From the NCBI GenBank assembly GCA_964355925.1, contig CAYHFN010000005.1, positions 50,706 to 114,705 of the forward strand: 64,000 bases of DNA, written 5' to 3'. The notes under the pieces were generated by a model. That model worked only from the letters and a program-made list of their open reading frames with translations. It was not told the DNA's origin and searched no databases. How positions within the stretch are numbered: position 1 is the stretch's first letter; every line of letters begins with the position of its first letter. Made by a program: the position numbers and the translations under genes. Of the stretch, positions 51,296 through 61,746 are shown piece by piece. This DNA is from an uncultured Chitinophagaceae bacterium (GTDB taxonomy: Bacteria > Bacteroidota > Ignavibacteria > UBA10030 > UBA8401).

Positions 51296-53482
51296 CTATA
51301 CATCTAGCACTTCACGAATTTTCTTTGCTAATTCTTCCATTTTGTATGGCTTTTGCAGAAATCCATCGATGTTCTTGGTAAACTTCTTTTCTTCAAGGAT
51401 CGCATCGCTGTACCCGCTTGAAATAATAACTTTGCACGGCAGTTTTAATGACTTAAGTTTTTGGAATACTTTTTTCCCGCCGATTTGCGGCATGTTCATA
51501 TCAAGGATCACCAAATCGAAATCATTCTTGTGCAAAAGAATACTGATTGCCTCTTTTCCCCCCGCAGCAGATGTCACCGAATACCCAAGATCACTAAGCA
51601 TTGTACTCAATGTTTGTCGAATGAACTCTTCATCATCAACTACCAAAACGGACTCTTTGCCCCCGACAATATCTTTGCCTGGAGTAATGAACATTTCCAA
51701 AGGAATCTTGTCATAGAGAGAGAAGGAAAGAGTAAAAGAAGTTCCTTTACCAACTTCACTTTTGAATGAAACAGTACCATTATGTGATTTCATAACTCCA
51801 TAGACAACGGAGAGTCCTAACCCGGTACCTTTGCTTTGCCCTTTTGTGGAAAAGAATGGAACAAAAATTTGCTGTTGCACTTCTTTTGACATTCCAGTTC
51901 CCGAATCGGTGACATTTACTTCAACAGTTTTTTCTTTTTTAATATCAACGACTGTTTGAATTTCCAACTTACCGCCTAAAGGCATTGCGTCACGGGCATT
52001 AATTAGTAGATTTAAAATTGCTTGCTGTATCTGACCTTCATCTCCATTAATAATGGCGGGCACTTTGGAAAAATTCCGCACAATGTCTACAACAGAATTT
52101 GCACTTGGTTCAAAAATACGAAGTGTTTCATCAATAATTGCATTAAGATTTATTGGATGGAATTCGATTGGAGTTCTTCTCGCAAATGTTAGCAATTGCT
52201 TTGTTAAAGATTTCCCTCGCGTTGACGCAGTTTCAATGATATCAACGAATGGATACATTTGATTGTTTGGCTTCATGCGTCGTCGCATGATCGATGATGC
52301 ACCCATAATTGATGTAAGGATATTGTTGAAATCATGTGCAATTCCACCGGCAAGATTACCGATACTGTCGATTTTTTGTGCTTGCATGATTTTATTTTCG
52401 AGCAATTTCTGCTCCGTAATATCACGAACAACACAACGCATCAATAATGGATTATTATTCTCATTGAATACTAATGATGTACTGACTGAAACATCAATCA
52501 ACTTGCCCGCTTGAGTTACCATCTGCTCTTCGCTGCCGCGAATCTCTTTATTCCCAGTAAATGAATTTTTAAGGAGTTCATTGATATCTGTGTGCATTTC
52601 TATTGGGTAGAGAAATGTTAAATGTTTACCAATGATCTCGGGTTTTGTATAACCCAATGTCTGAGATTCCGTTAAGTTACAATTTACGATCATTCCGTTA
52701 TTGTCTACTAAATGGTACATGTCCGGAGAATGTTCAAAAAGATCGGCGTATCGTTTTTCTGACTCCGTAAGTTTATCGAATAGATGGGCATTGTTCAATG
52801 CGACACTTATCTGATTGCTGAATGCTGCAATCAAACTTACTTTTCGTTCAGGAAAAAATCCTTTTGTTTCACTTGCAAGGAGTAATATCCCTTCCGTTTT
52901 ATCGGCGACTTTTAACGGAACTGATACCCACGAAACGATATTCAATAATTGAAGATTGTTATGAAAGACAATTCCCTCGGCGGACTTTGTTTCCATGTTC
53001 GTACGAATCTCTTTGGTCCACTCTAAAAATATTTTACTGGATAACATTTTCTCTGAAAAAAATCCAAACTCTGCACCAAAGGTTTTTTTTAATTCTAACG
53101 TATCACCGTGAAGAACGTAAAGCCATCCAAACTCAGTATTCAATATTCTTGCGACATTTTGAAGTGCATTGCTGAAGATGTAATTGAGGTTTATTGATTT
53201 GTTAACAACTTGTGCTACGGTATTGAGTGCTTCAAGTTCGCGGCGTTGTTCTTCCAATTGCTGCCCATATTTTAATGAAAAATACACGCTTGCAAAACCA
53301 ATGGTACCTGCAGTAAGGATGCTAATGAAATCGAGTATTCCTACTTCTTTTTGGATTATAATATTAGCTGTAATGATCGTTACCATCATTACGATAACGG
53401 CAGTAGAAGCGACGATCTGGGCTTGTTCCACAAGTCCAAGATTGAAACTGATAGAACGGACTCGGTTAAAGAATTTTTTCAT
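51296..53482 (-). CDS. Membrane hybrid histidine kinase (2TM-GAF-PAS-HisKA-HATPase-REC)
   Basis: AGGIAHDFNNIL H-box, NARDAM, GTGLGL, C-terminal LDMNMP...KP. Confidence 0.9.
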   Translation of the reverse strand: MKKFFNRVRSISFNLGLVEQAQIVASTAVIVMMVTIITANIIIQKEVGILDFISILTAGTIGFASVYFSLKYGQQLEEQRRELEALNTVAQVVNKSINLNYIFSNALQNVARILNTEFGWLYVLHGDTLELKKTFGAEFGFFSEKMLSSKIFLEWTKEIRTNMETKSAEGIVFHNNLQLLNIVSWVSVPLKVADKTEGILLLASETKGFFPERKVSLIAAFSNQISVALNNAHLFDKLTESEKRYADLFEHSPDMYHLVDNNGMIVNCNLTESQTLGYTKPEIIGKHLTFLYPIEMHTDINELLKNSFTGNKEIRGSEEQMVTQAGKLIDVSVSTSLVFNENNNPLLMRCVVRDITEQKLLENKIMQAQKIDSIGNLAGGIAHDFNNILTSIMGASSIMRRRMKPNNQMYPFVDIIETASTRGKSLTKQLLTFARRTPIEFHPINLNAIIDETLRIFEPSANSVVDIVRNFSKVPAIINGDEGQIQQAILNLLINARDAMPLGGKLEIQTVVDIKKEKTVEVNVTDSGTGMSKEVQQQIFVPFFSTKGQSKGTGLGLSVVYGVMKSHNGTVSFKSEVGKGTSFTLSFSLYDKIPLEMFITPGKDIVGGKESVLVVDDEEFIRQTLSTMLSDLGYSVTSAAGGKEAISILLHKNDFDLVILDMNMPQIGGKKVFQKLKSLKLPCKVIISSGYSDAILEEKKFTKNIDGFLQKPYKMEELAKKIREVLDV

Positions 53483-53503
53483 AGTGAAGACCAAAGAACG
53501 TAA

Positions 53504-54502
53504 TTAAATATCAATCGTGCGCCGCATCTCCCGCGCACGACGTAACCGTCCTTCAACAGCGGCTAGTAAGAGTTCATTATCGATTGGCTTGGTTAAATAA
53601 TCATCAACTCCAAGTTTCTTTCCGGTACGGAACAGTTCTTTTTGATTGAGGGCGGAAATAAAAATGAACGGCGTTGAGGCAAAGCGTTCTAAGGATCGGA
53701 ATCTTTCATAGAACATAAATCCATTCATATTTTGATGTCCGAAAGCAATATCGCAGAGTACAAGATCAGGTGAAAAATGTTCAAGCAATACCAATGCTTC
53801 TTCGCCGGATGCAGTATTTAATGTATGGTATCCGTTTTTTTCTAATATTCGTTCTACGAGCAGCAAAAAATGTTTATCGTCATCCAACACAAGAACTACG
53901 CCTTTAGATTTAAGGGACTTTATGAGTCGTTCAACTTTTGGTTGTAGGATAGAATCTTCTTCGTCCGTAAGATGAAATTGTTCCTTTAAGTTTGAAAAGT
54001 CGCGCATTCCTTTATCCCAACCGTTTTTTATTGCACCCAGAAAACAAGTCAATCGTGCGTTTTGCTCAAAGTATTCGTGTTCTTCCAGTGAGACAGCAAA
54101 AAACGTTCTCATTGCAATAATTCGTTCTTGTTCAAACGGTGTTACAAATCCATCCTTCCAAACTTCATCTAACAAAGTTTTGTAGGCTACAAGAATTGCA
54201 TCGGATAGCTTTCTGTGAAGTACCAATGGAGCTTGTTCAATTTCTTTCTCTGCGGGTAAAGAAAAAATGATTTGTTCTTGAACTTGACTCTTTGAGGAAG
54301 TGGACTCTGGAGCAGGTGTTTTTTCCTTTGTTTCCATCAACAGTGATGAGATTCGTTCACTGTATGCACGTGCGTAGATATTCTTAGGATTGATCTCGAG
54401 AATCTTTTCAATAAGATTCTTTGCTTCTTCTAGGTTTCCAGCTTTTATGATCTTGTCAATACTTCGAAGTAGTTCAATAATATATTTTGCAGATTCATTC
54501 AT
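53504..54502 (-). CDS. TPR-like / TerB-like / receiver protein B
   Basis: C-terminal REC (LDDD, LCDI, ISAL, TKP); paralogue of the upstream gene. Confidence 0.8.
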   Translation of the reverse strand: MNESAKYIIELLRSIDKIIKAGNLEEAKNLIEKILEINPKNIYARAYSERISSLLMETKEKTPAPESTSSKSQVQEQIIFSLPAEKEIEQAPLVLHRKLSDAILVAYKTLLDEVWKDGFVTPFEQERIIAMRTFFAVSLEEHEYFEQNARLTCFLGAIKNGWDKGMRDFSNLKEQFHLTDEEDSILQPKVERLIKSLKSKGVVLVLDDDKHFLLLVERILEKNGYHTLNTASGEEALVLLEHFSPDLVLCDIAFGHQNMNGFMFYERFRSLERFASTPFIFISALNQKELFRTGKKLGVDDYLTKPIDNELLLAAVEGRLRRAREMRRTIDI

Positions 54503-54530
54503 AAAAGAATAGTATAGTAAATATGGTACA

Positions 54531-55637
54531 CTAATTTGCTCGTCGTAGTTCTCTTGATCGACGAAGTTTTCCTTCAACAGTTGCCAGTAACATTTCCGTA
54601 TCGATGGGTTTTAAAAGATAATCGTCAGCACCAAGTTTTTTTCCTGTTCGAATAAGAACATCTTGATCCAGCGCACTAAGGAAAATAAATGGCGTTGCAA
54701 GAAATTTATCAATTGATCGGAATTTTTCATAGAAGGCAAAACCACTCATGTTGGGTTTGGTAAAATTGATATCGCAGATAACGATGTCTGGTGTCATTGT
54801 ATCAAGCAATTGTAATCCTTCTTCACCAGTTGTTGCCGTAAAACAATAATAGCCACCTTCGCTTAGCAATCCTTTGATTAATGTTAAGAATGGAACTTCA
54901 TCATCAAGCAGCAATACAGAACCATTGGATTGAAGGGATTGCAGTAACTGAAATACCTTTGGCTCCAGACTGATCTGTTCCTGGTCAGCAATGAGGAATT
55001 TCTTTCGCAATGTGTCAAAATTAGTTACACCTTTACGCCACTCAACTTTAATGGAATTCAGATATAATGTCATCCGGACATCTTTTTCGATCACGGAATG
55101 TTCATCCTGCGTTATGGCGAATGTCTCACGCATTGATTCAACTCTTGCTTGTTCATCGGACGTAATTGCGCCATCGCTCCATATTTCCATCATCAAAGTT
55201 TTGTACGCTTCGGAAGCAACAATAGATCGTTTGATTAAATGGGGCTTGTTCTGAATTGTGGGTTTATTGTTCACGTGTTCTTCTTGCGCTACCCATTTCC
55301 ATTTTATTGGAACGGTATCGATTGGCGGAATTCGTTCGATGATCGGTGTGGCGGTGTGTGGTTCTTCTTCTTTCTGTTTAGGAATATCTTTGGTCTGTTC
55401 AGGAATTTGTTCGATAAATTTCGCTTCAAACGCTCGTTGTTCAGCATCGATCCGCGAAATACCCTTGGCTTCCATGAGCGAAATTATTCTTTCTCGATAT
55501 GCTTTTGCATATACATTTTTTTGTTCTATCGAAAATATCTTGTTGATATATGCCATTGCCTGCACAAGATTCTCGTTCTTGATTTCTTTGTCTGCTAAAC
55601 GGAGAAGATCGCTGATATTTTTTTGAAGATCGTTCAT
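54531..55637 (-). CDS. TPR-like / TerB-like / receiver protein A
   Basis: C-terminal REC (LDDE, ICDI, LSAL, LKP). Confidence 0.8.
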   Translation of the reverse strand: MNDLQKNISDLLRLADKEIKNENLVQAMAYINKIFSIEQKNVYAKAYRERIISLMEAKGISRIDAEQRAFEAKFIEQIPEQTKDIPKQKEEEPHTATPIIERIPPIDTVPIKWKWVAQEEHVNNKPTIQNKPHLIKRSIVASEAYKTLMMEIWSDGAITSDEQARVESMRETFAITQDEHSVIEKDVRMTLYLNSIKVEWRKGVTNFDTLRKKFLIADQEQISLEPKVFQLLQSLQSNGSVLLLDDEVPFLTLIKGLLSEGGYYCFTATTGEEGLQLLDTMTPDIVICDINFTKPNMSGFAFYEKFRSIDKFLATPFIFLSALDQDVLIRTGKKLGADDYLLKPIDTEMLLATVEGKLRRSRELRRAN

Positions 55638-56524
55638 TTATTGTTCCCATTAATCTGCATCAGTTCTTTCAATACTACTTCACGTGCAATATGAATCGGA
55701 AATTCATGATGAGTAAATAATTCAAAGGCTTTTGCCCCTTGACCAAGCAGCATTTCAATTCCGCTGATTGTTCGTGCACCTGCATGATGAGCAACTTTAA
55801 TTAGTGCCGTTTCAATTGGATTATAAACAATATCAAACACCAATTGATTCTTTTGAATGACTGTGTTCGGCGGAAGCGGGTGGAAGTTGACCAGCGGTTT
55901 CATCCCAACGGAAGTTGTGTTGATGAGCAGACACGCAACATTAATATCGCGAACTGCTACATCATGATCATTTGTGGAGAAAAATTTAGTCAATCTAAAC
56001 TTTGGTCCAAACTCTTCTGCAATTGCTGTTGCATTTTCCAATGTTCGGTTTACGATCATAATTCGTTTTGGTGCAAAGAATTTCGCTACTGCATATATCG
56101 CAGCTCGCGCAGCACCGCCTGCGCCGAATATTACAACGTGATTGTTCTTGATTTCTTCTGCATAATATGCGAGTGAAATATAAACTCCGTGCGCGTCAGT
56201 ATTATATCCGACAAGCCTTCCATTATTATTGACTATCGTATTCACTGCGCTGATCATCTTTGCTTCTTCAGAAACCTCGTCTACCAAATGAATAACCTTT
56301 TCTTTAAATGGAATTGTTACGTTTGCCCCGCGAAAATTCAGTGTGCGTAACGAATCGATCAGATTTGGCAGCATGATTGGAGAAACATCCATAACGCCGT
56401 AATCGTAATCCAAATTCAATTTTTTGAATGCAGCGGAATGCATTGCCGGTGACAGTGTATGGTCTATCGTATTACCGATAATACCAATATGCCGCTGGTG
56501 TTCCGAGAATTTTGGCAGTTTCAT
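55634..56524 (-). CDS. aroE: Shikimate dehydrogenase
   Basis: TLSPAMH, GANVTIPFK, AVNT, NTD, GAGGAA, DIVYNP motifs. Confidence 0.95.
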   Translation of the reverse strand: MKLPKFSEHQRHIGIIGNTIDHTLSPAMHSAAFKKLNLDYDYGVMDVSPIMLPNLIDSLRTLNFRGANVTIPFKEKVIHLVDEVSEEAKMISAVNTIVNNNGRLVGYNTDAHGVYISLAYYAEEIKNNHVVIFGAGGAARAAIYAVAKFFAPKRIMIVNRTLENATAIAEEFGPKFRLTKFFSTNDHDVAVRDINVACLLINTTSVGMKPLVNFHPLPPNTVIQKNQLVFDIVYNPIETALIKVAHHAGARTISGIEMLLGQGAKAFELFTHHEFPIHIAREVVLKELMQINGNNK

Positions 56525-56554
56525 AAATGCAATATACTCTTTATTTACTATGAT

Positions 56555-56586
56555 AAAAAAACCTAATCAATGGATTAGGTTTTTTT
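56555..56586 (-). terminator. Terminator downstream of the TPR gene
   Basis: AAAAAAACCTAATC-aatg-GATTAGGTTTTTTT. Confidence 0.8.
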
Positions 56587-56611
56587 AGTGATGGAGAACA
56601 ATTAACAACAC

Positions 56612-58033
56612 TTATCTCAATATGGTTTTAAAGTCTTTTGTCGAAAAAAAACTATTAAAATCGATCTCAATTTTTTGTTCTAATTCGGGATTAAGTAGAA
56701 TTGATTTTTTGAGAGATTCTATTCCTTCCGACTTCATTCCCATTGCGAATAGAGTTTTTGCAAGACTGTAGTGGGCATCGGCAAATGTCGGATTTAATTC
56801 TACCGATCTATGAAGCGCCTTCAATGCTTCGGTGGTGAATTCCATGAAGAACAATGTGTCACCATAATCAAACCAGGCTTCATAATTGTTTGGATCGAGC
56901 TGGACGACCATTTTATAACTTAAGAGACACTCTTTAAATTTCCCTAAATTAAATTCTGCATCTGCTTTTGCATACCATAATTCCGGATATTCGCGGAACA
57001 ATTCAATGGCACGATTGTAATCTGTTAATGCTTTGCGATATTGTTCCATGGCATCGTAACAACTGCCGCGGCCAAAAAATGATTCATAGTGCGTATTATC
57101 TAATTTTATTGCTTGGGTGAAGCATTTTATCGCCTCGGAGAAATTTTCCTGATCTTCGTATGCATTTCCCAAATTATGAAGGGCCGGAACATCTTTTGGT
57201 TCAAGTTGAATTGTCTGTTTATAGCATTCTATTGCTTCATTCAATTTACCTTGTAATGCAAATACATTCCCCTTATTGTAATAGGCGGCAGGAAAATTTT
57301 CTTTGATTGCCAACGCCATATCATAACTGTCTAGCGCTTGCTCCAGAAGGCCCAAACGATTGAGTACAATTCCCTTATTATACCATGCGTTAAAATTATA
57401 CGGTTCCAAGTCAATATGCTTGTTATAACAATCGAGAGACTCCTGAATGTTGTCCATTAGATCATTGCAAAAAGCAAGTTCAAACCAAACATCGGCATTT
57501 TCCGGAAACTCTTTTACTAAAAATGTTAAAATCTCAAATGCTTCTCCAAATTGTTCAAGTTTCTCTAATATAACCGCTTTATTCAGTAACGCTTCGGTAT
57601 CAGCAGGATTCAGAATCAGAGCCTTCTCAAAATCGGCAAGAGCTTCATCATTTCGATTAGAATTATCCAACGTAATTCCACGATTGATAAATAGATCGCT
57701 GTCATTTGGATTGAGCGAAATTGCTTGGTTGTAACATTCCAATGCTTCATCATAACGAAAAAGATTGTTTAGGATCATTCCTTTTTTCATCCACGCATCG
57801 GAAGAATAGGGGGCAAATTCTACAAGTTGGGTCGCAAAATTCAACGATTCGTCGTATTTTTCTTTTTCAAAATAAAAACTGATGATTTCTTCCAGGGCTT
57901 CGATACTTTTCAAACCACTGCCGCCGCGACGAAGAAGCTCCTTAAAGCGCTCTATTTCCTCATTACGATCCCTTCGAGGAGAAGAATCACCTTCAAAATC
58001 ATCTTCAAAATTATCGTGGTCGAAAGTGGACAT
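56612..58033 (-). CDS. Multi-TPR protein
   Basis: About 11 tandem TPRs (AWYNKG, EAIECY); acidic N-terminus. Confidence 0.88.
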   Translation of the reverse strand: MSTFDHDNFEDDFEGDSSPRRDRNEEIERFKELLRRGGSGLKSIEALEEIISFYFEKEKYDESLNFATQLVEFAPYSSDAWMKKGMILNNLFRYDEALECYNQAISLNPNDSDLFINRGITLDNSNRNDEALADFEKALILNPADTEALLNKAVILEKLEQFGEAFEILTFLVKEFPENADVWFELAFCNDLMDNIQESLDCYNKHIDLEPYNFNAWYNKGIVLNRLGLLEQALDSYDMALAIKENFPAAYYNKGNVFALQGKLNEAIECYKQTIQLEPKDVPALHNLGNAYEDQENFSEAIKCFTQAIKLDNTHYESFFGRGSCYDAMEQYRKALTDYNRAIELFREYPELWYAKADAEFNLGKFKECLLSYKMVVQLDPNNYEAWFDYGDTLFFMEFTTEALKALHRSVELNPTFADAHYSLAKTLFAMGMKSEGIESLKKSILLNPELEQKIEIDFNSFFSTKDFKTILR

Positions 58034-58216
58034 AGGTGAAATGAATCGTTGGTTGAAGTGCAGTAGTTCTTAGTTCAAATAAACAAAAAAAGGGGGGGGA
58101 AGTCAATAATTGTGTAGCAACAATTTATTTTCTTTGAAAATCGCTTAAAATAGACGAAATTTGAGCAGTTTATAGACCATTAAAACATCACTTAAACCAA
58201 AACTTGAAGCTTCATA

Positions 58217-58678
58217 ATGACTACACTTAAAATACGCATCAATAGAATTTCTGAAATTACGAATGATGTTCCTCTTCCAACATATGCAACCAATGGATCA
58301 GCAGGAATGGATATTTATGCCGCAGTTGAACAAGACCTAACTGTTATGGTAGGTGTTACACTTCTTGTCCCTACCGGATTTTCTATGGAAATTCCAATTG
58401 GTTACGAAGCACAAATCAGACCGCGGAGCGGATTAGCGATAAAACATAATATTGGATTGATGAACTCTCCAGGAACGATAGATTCGGATTATCGCGGTGA
58501 AGTCAAAATTGTTTTTACCAATTATGGCAAATCTGATTTTGTTGTTAAACGGGGAGATCGTATTGCACAAATGGTAATTGCAAAGTACGAACGTGTTGAA
58601 TGGATAGAAACTGATCAACTTTCTGAGACAGTAAGAGGTACCGGTGGATTTGGTCATACCGGAATTTCACAAAAATAA
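58217..58678 (+). CDS. dut: dUTP diphosphatase
   Basis: [32 protein letters not shown] motifs. Confidence 0.96.
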   Translation: MTTLKIRINRISEITNDVPLPTYATNGSAGMDIYAAVEQDLTVMVGVTLLVPTGFSMEIPIGYEAQIRPRSGLAIKHNIGLMNSPGTIDSDYRGEVKIVFTNYGKSDFVVKRGDRIAQMVIAKYERVEWIETDQLSETVRGTGGFGHTGISQK

Positions 58679-58690
58679 AATAAAAAAAAT

Positions 58691-59968
58691 ATGGCACGTC
58701 CAAAACAAAAAATAGAATCTAAACTTGATGTTTCAATTGAAAACGGATCTCAACCCGCAGTCCCAACATCGTTGGAGGTTGTTGTAATTTCCACCGGACT
58801 TATTTTACTGATGCTGCTTCTCTATTCACTTCAAGCATTAGTTTCACCGTTTTTGATCTTTGGAACGATTCTTTTTTTATTATATCCTTTACGCGAAAAT
58901 ACAGTGGCAAAGAATGTTATGATCCTTTCCGGATTATTGTTCTTTATATGGTTTTTTTATACGATTGAAACCATTCTTTCGCCATTCGTTCTTTCGTTAT
59001 TTTTGGCATATTTACTTCATCCAATCGTTACAAAATTGGAAACATCGTGGAAAGTTCCGCGATGGAGTTCTGCAATGTTCATAATTGTGGTTAGTGTTTC
59101 CATTGCTGTTCTATTGATCATTATAGGGCTCCCTCATATCGTGGGACAGTTTGAAGGAATTTTACTTGCCATTGGAACTATTTCCACACAATTCGTTGAA
59201 TGGGTGCTCGATGGGCGTTTTATTAAAGCATTTCAGAAATACGGAATCTCTGAAACACAGCTCCGGACAATGCTTACAACAACAATTGCCCCGCGAGTGG
59301 AAGATATCCTTAAAGGAATTTTAAAGGGAACATTCGGCATCGTCAGCGGGTTGCAAGTGCTTGTTTCCGGAATAGTGAATATTGTAATCATTCCATTTTT
59401 AACTTTTTTTCTTTTAAAGGATTTTTTTCTTGTCCGCCATCGATTGAAGATGTTGGTCCCTAAAAAGAGAAGAGAACAATCAATTTTATTCTATCATCGT
59501 GTTGATGAGATCCTTGGCCGTTACATACGAGGAACAACGATCATTGCAATTTTTGACACGGTTGCAGTTTCAATCGGACTTTGGTTGATCGGAATTCAAT
59601 ATCCGCTTGTTCTCGGAATTCTTTCTGGATTGTTATTCTTTGTGCCGTATTTTGGATTCCTTACAATTTTGAGTGTCTCTGCTTTTGTTGCATCGCTTAG
59701 TATGGGTGTACTTGCATTACCGGTGATAACAACGGTTGCATTTCTTTCCCTTCTTCACATAGTTGAATTGTATATTATCACACCAAAAGTTGTTGGCGAA
59801 AAGATAGGATTGCATCCGGTGGTATTGATCTTTTCAATTTTTATTTTTGGGTATTTTCTTGGTTTTATTGGAATGTTGATCTCAATTCCGGCTGCTGCAA
59901 TCATCATTGTATCAATTAAAGAATGGGAAATGAATTTGAGAAAAGAAATAAAACAAGCGAAATCGTAA
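58691..59968 (+). CDS. AI-2E family transporter
   Basis: LAYLLHPIV, FVPYFG, PKVVGEKIGLHP motifs. Confidence 0.88.
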   Translation: MARPKQKIESKLDVSIENGSQPAVPTSLEVVVISTGLILLMLLLYSLQALVSPFLIFGTILFLLYPLRENTVAKNVMILSGLLFFIWFFYTIETILSPFVLSLFLAYLLHPIVTKLETSWKVPRWSSAMFIIVVSVSIAVLLIIIGLPHIVGQFEGILLAIGTISTQFVEWVLDGRFIKAFQKYGISETQLRTMLTTTIAPRVEDILKGILKGTFGIVSGLQVLVSGIVNIVIIPFLTFFLLKDFFLVRHRLKMLVPKKRREQSILFYHRVDEILGRYIRGTTIIAIFDTVAVSIGLWLIGIQYPLVLGILSGLLFFVPYFGFLTILSVSAFVASLSMGVLALPVITTVAFLSLLHIVELYIITPKVVGEKIGLHPVVLIFSIFIFGYFLGFIGMLISIPAAAIIIVSIKEWEMNLRKEIKQAKS

Positions 59969-60002
59969 AAAGAAAGCTCGATCATTATTTATTAAGGGAA
60001 CA

Positions 60003-60683
60003 ATGTCAGGGAAATTATATCTTGTTGCAACACCGATCGGTAATTTAAATGACATGACATTTCGTGCCATAGAGACTTTAAAGAATGTTGATATTGTCGT
60101 CTATGAAGAACGAAAAGAAGGAAGTCGATTACTCCGTCATTTTGGAATTGAAAAACCGGTCGAAAGTTTGAATGAACACAACGAAGCTGCATCAACATTT
60201 ATTATTCTCGATCACTTAAAGAATGGAAAAAATGTTGCCATTGTTTCAGACTGTGGAACCCCTGTATTTTCTGATCCCGGGCAATTACTCGTTCGCAAAG
60301 CAGTCGAAGAGGGAATTAAAGTAGTACCAATTCCCGGAGCATCATCCTTAATGCCGGCGCTGACGGTGTCCGGATTTTCAATTGATCAATTTGTGTACTA
60401 CGGATGGTTGTCACCGAAACGACCGCGCCGCATTGCAGAATTACAGCAATTGCGCAGAGAACTTCGAGCAATTATTCTGATGGATACTCCATATCGACTA
60501 GTTCCATTGATGAAGGATATTGCTGAAGTATTTGGGGATTCCCGCCGAGTTTGTGTATCGTTCGATCTTACAATGGCAGATGAAGAAATTTTTCACGGAA
60601 CAGCACCGCAACTTACTTCAAAATTTGAGAAAGAAGAGCGTAAAGGTGAATTTGTTATCGTTATAGAAGGGAAAGGTAAGTAG
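60003..60683 (+). CDS. rsmI: 16S rRNA C1402 2'-O-methyltransferase
   Basis: LYLVATPIGNL, SDCGTPVFSDPG, PIPGASS motifs. Confidence 0.93.
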   Translation: MSGKLYLVATPIGNLNDMTFRAIETLKNVDIVVYEERKEGSRLLRHFGIEKPVESLNEHNEAASTFIILDHLKNGKNVAIVSDCGTPVFSDPGQLLVRKAVEEGIKVVPIPGASSLMPALTVSGFSIDQFVYYGWLSPKRPRRIAELQQLRRELRAIILMDTPYRLVPLMKDIAEVFGDSRRVCVSFDLTMADEEIFHGTAPQLTSKFEKEERKGEFVIVIEGKGK

Positions 60684-60722
60684 TTCAATTGCTCTTTCTT
60701 TATTCATTCTCTATATTATTTT

Positions 60723-61739
60723 GTGAAAGCATTACACCAAACATATCAATCAACCAAAGCACCGGAAATTTTTGGTGATCATTGGTTCAATTCCGAACCG
60801 ATTACGATTCGTGAATTCCAGGGACAATTGATTGTATTGTTGTTTTGGGACTATACTTCTCCTTCTTCATTGCGGTTGCTCCCTATCATCAATGAATGGT
60901 TTCATCGCTATACGCCTCTCGGTGCACAGTTTATCGGAATCCATTCCCCTGAATTTTCTTTTGCAAAAGATCCGGGTTCGGTGAATGCGATGCTGAAAAA
61001 GTATGAAATTCAATTTCCTGTTGTATCGGATAATGAACGATTTATTGCAAATGCATTCCGTTTATCAGAATTTCCATCGATCGCATTAGTTGATGCTTCC
61101 GGAAATGTATATGATGTGGCACAGCATTATTTTTCAGCAACTCGATTAGAAAGGTCAATCCAATATTTGCTGCGTCAAGCAGGTTTCTTTGGCGAGCTTC
61201 CAATGTTAGATTCTTTCTACAACGAACACCTCAATGATCAATCAACCTCTGAAATCTATACAGGATATCTTCACGGGTCATTAGGGAATACAGAAGGATA
61301 TAGTCCCGAGATTCCTTCGATGTATGAAGATCCGCATTATTATGTTGAAGGGAAATTCTATGCACACGGAATCTGGCGCGCTTCACGCAATTCAATTGTT
61401 TATGAAGGTGAATCTCTTGATGGATATTTGATCTGCTCAAGTAATGGTGCTGACGTTGATGTATTGATCGGTAGTGATAAAAAAGAATCTGTCCGAGTAA
61501 AAATAGGTGACGAGCAGATGCCTGTTGAACTGATGGGTGACGATATGCGGCGTGATTCAAAAGGAAATTCGATTCTTACAGCAGGAGAAGAGCAGATCGT
61601 TTCTGTGGTGCACAATCAGCAATCTGAAAATCAAATCGTAAAATTCATTCCAATGAATAGCGGAATAACATTCTATATGTTCTCCTTCCATAAAGAACAG
61701 ATTCGCAAAAATGTCGAACGACCTATCAGCAAGAACTGA
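60723..61739 (+). CDS. DipZ-like thioredoxin-fold protein lacking CxxC
   Basis: FWDYTSPSS..., IGIHSPEF, P motif and a DipZ C-terminal-like domain. Confidence 0.7.
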   Translation: MKALHQTYQSTKAPEIFGDHWFNSEPITIREFQGQLIVLLFWDYTSPSSLRLLPIINEWFHRYTPLGAQFIGIHSPEFSFAKDPGSVNAMLKKYEIQFPVVSDNERFIANAFRLSEFPSIALVDASGNVYDVAQHYFSATRLERSIQYLLRQAGFFGELPMLDSFYNEHLNDQSTSEIYTGYLHGSLGNTEGYSPEIPSMYEDPHYYVEGKFYAHGIWRASRNSIVYEGESLDGYLICSSNGADVDVLIGSDKKESVRVKIGDEQMPVELMGDDMRRDSKGNSILTAGEEQIVSVVHNQQSENQIVKFIPMNSGITFYMFSFHKEQIRKNVERPISKN

Positions 61740-61746
61740 TCTAGTA

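Noticed and set aside
60855-60870. Selenocysteine recoding in the thioredoxin motif
   Set aside because: The codons are TCT and TCA, not TGA
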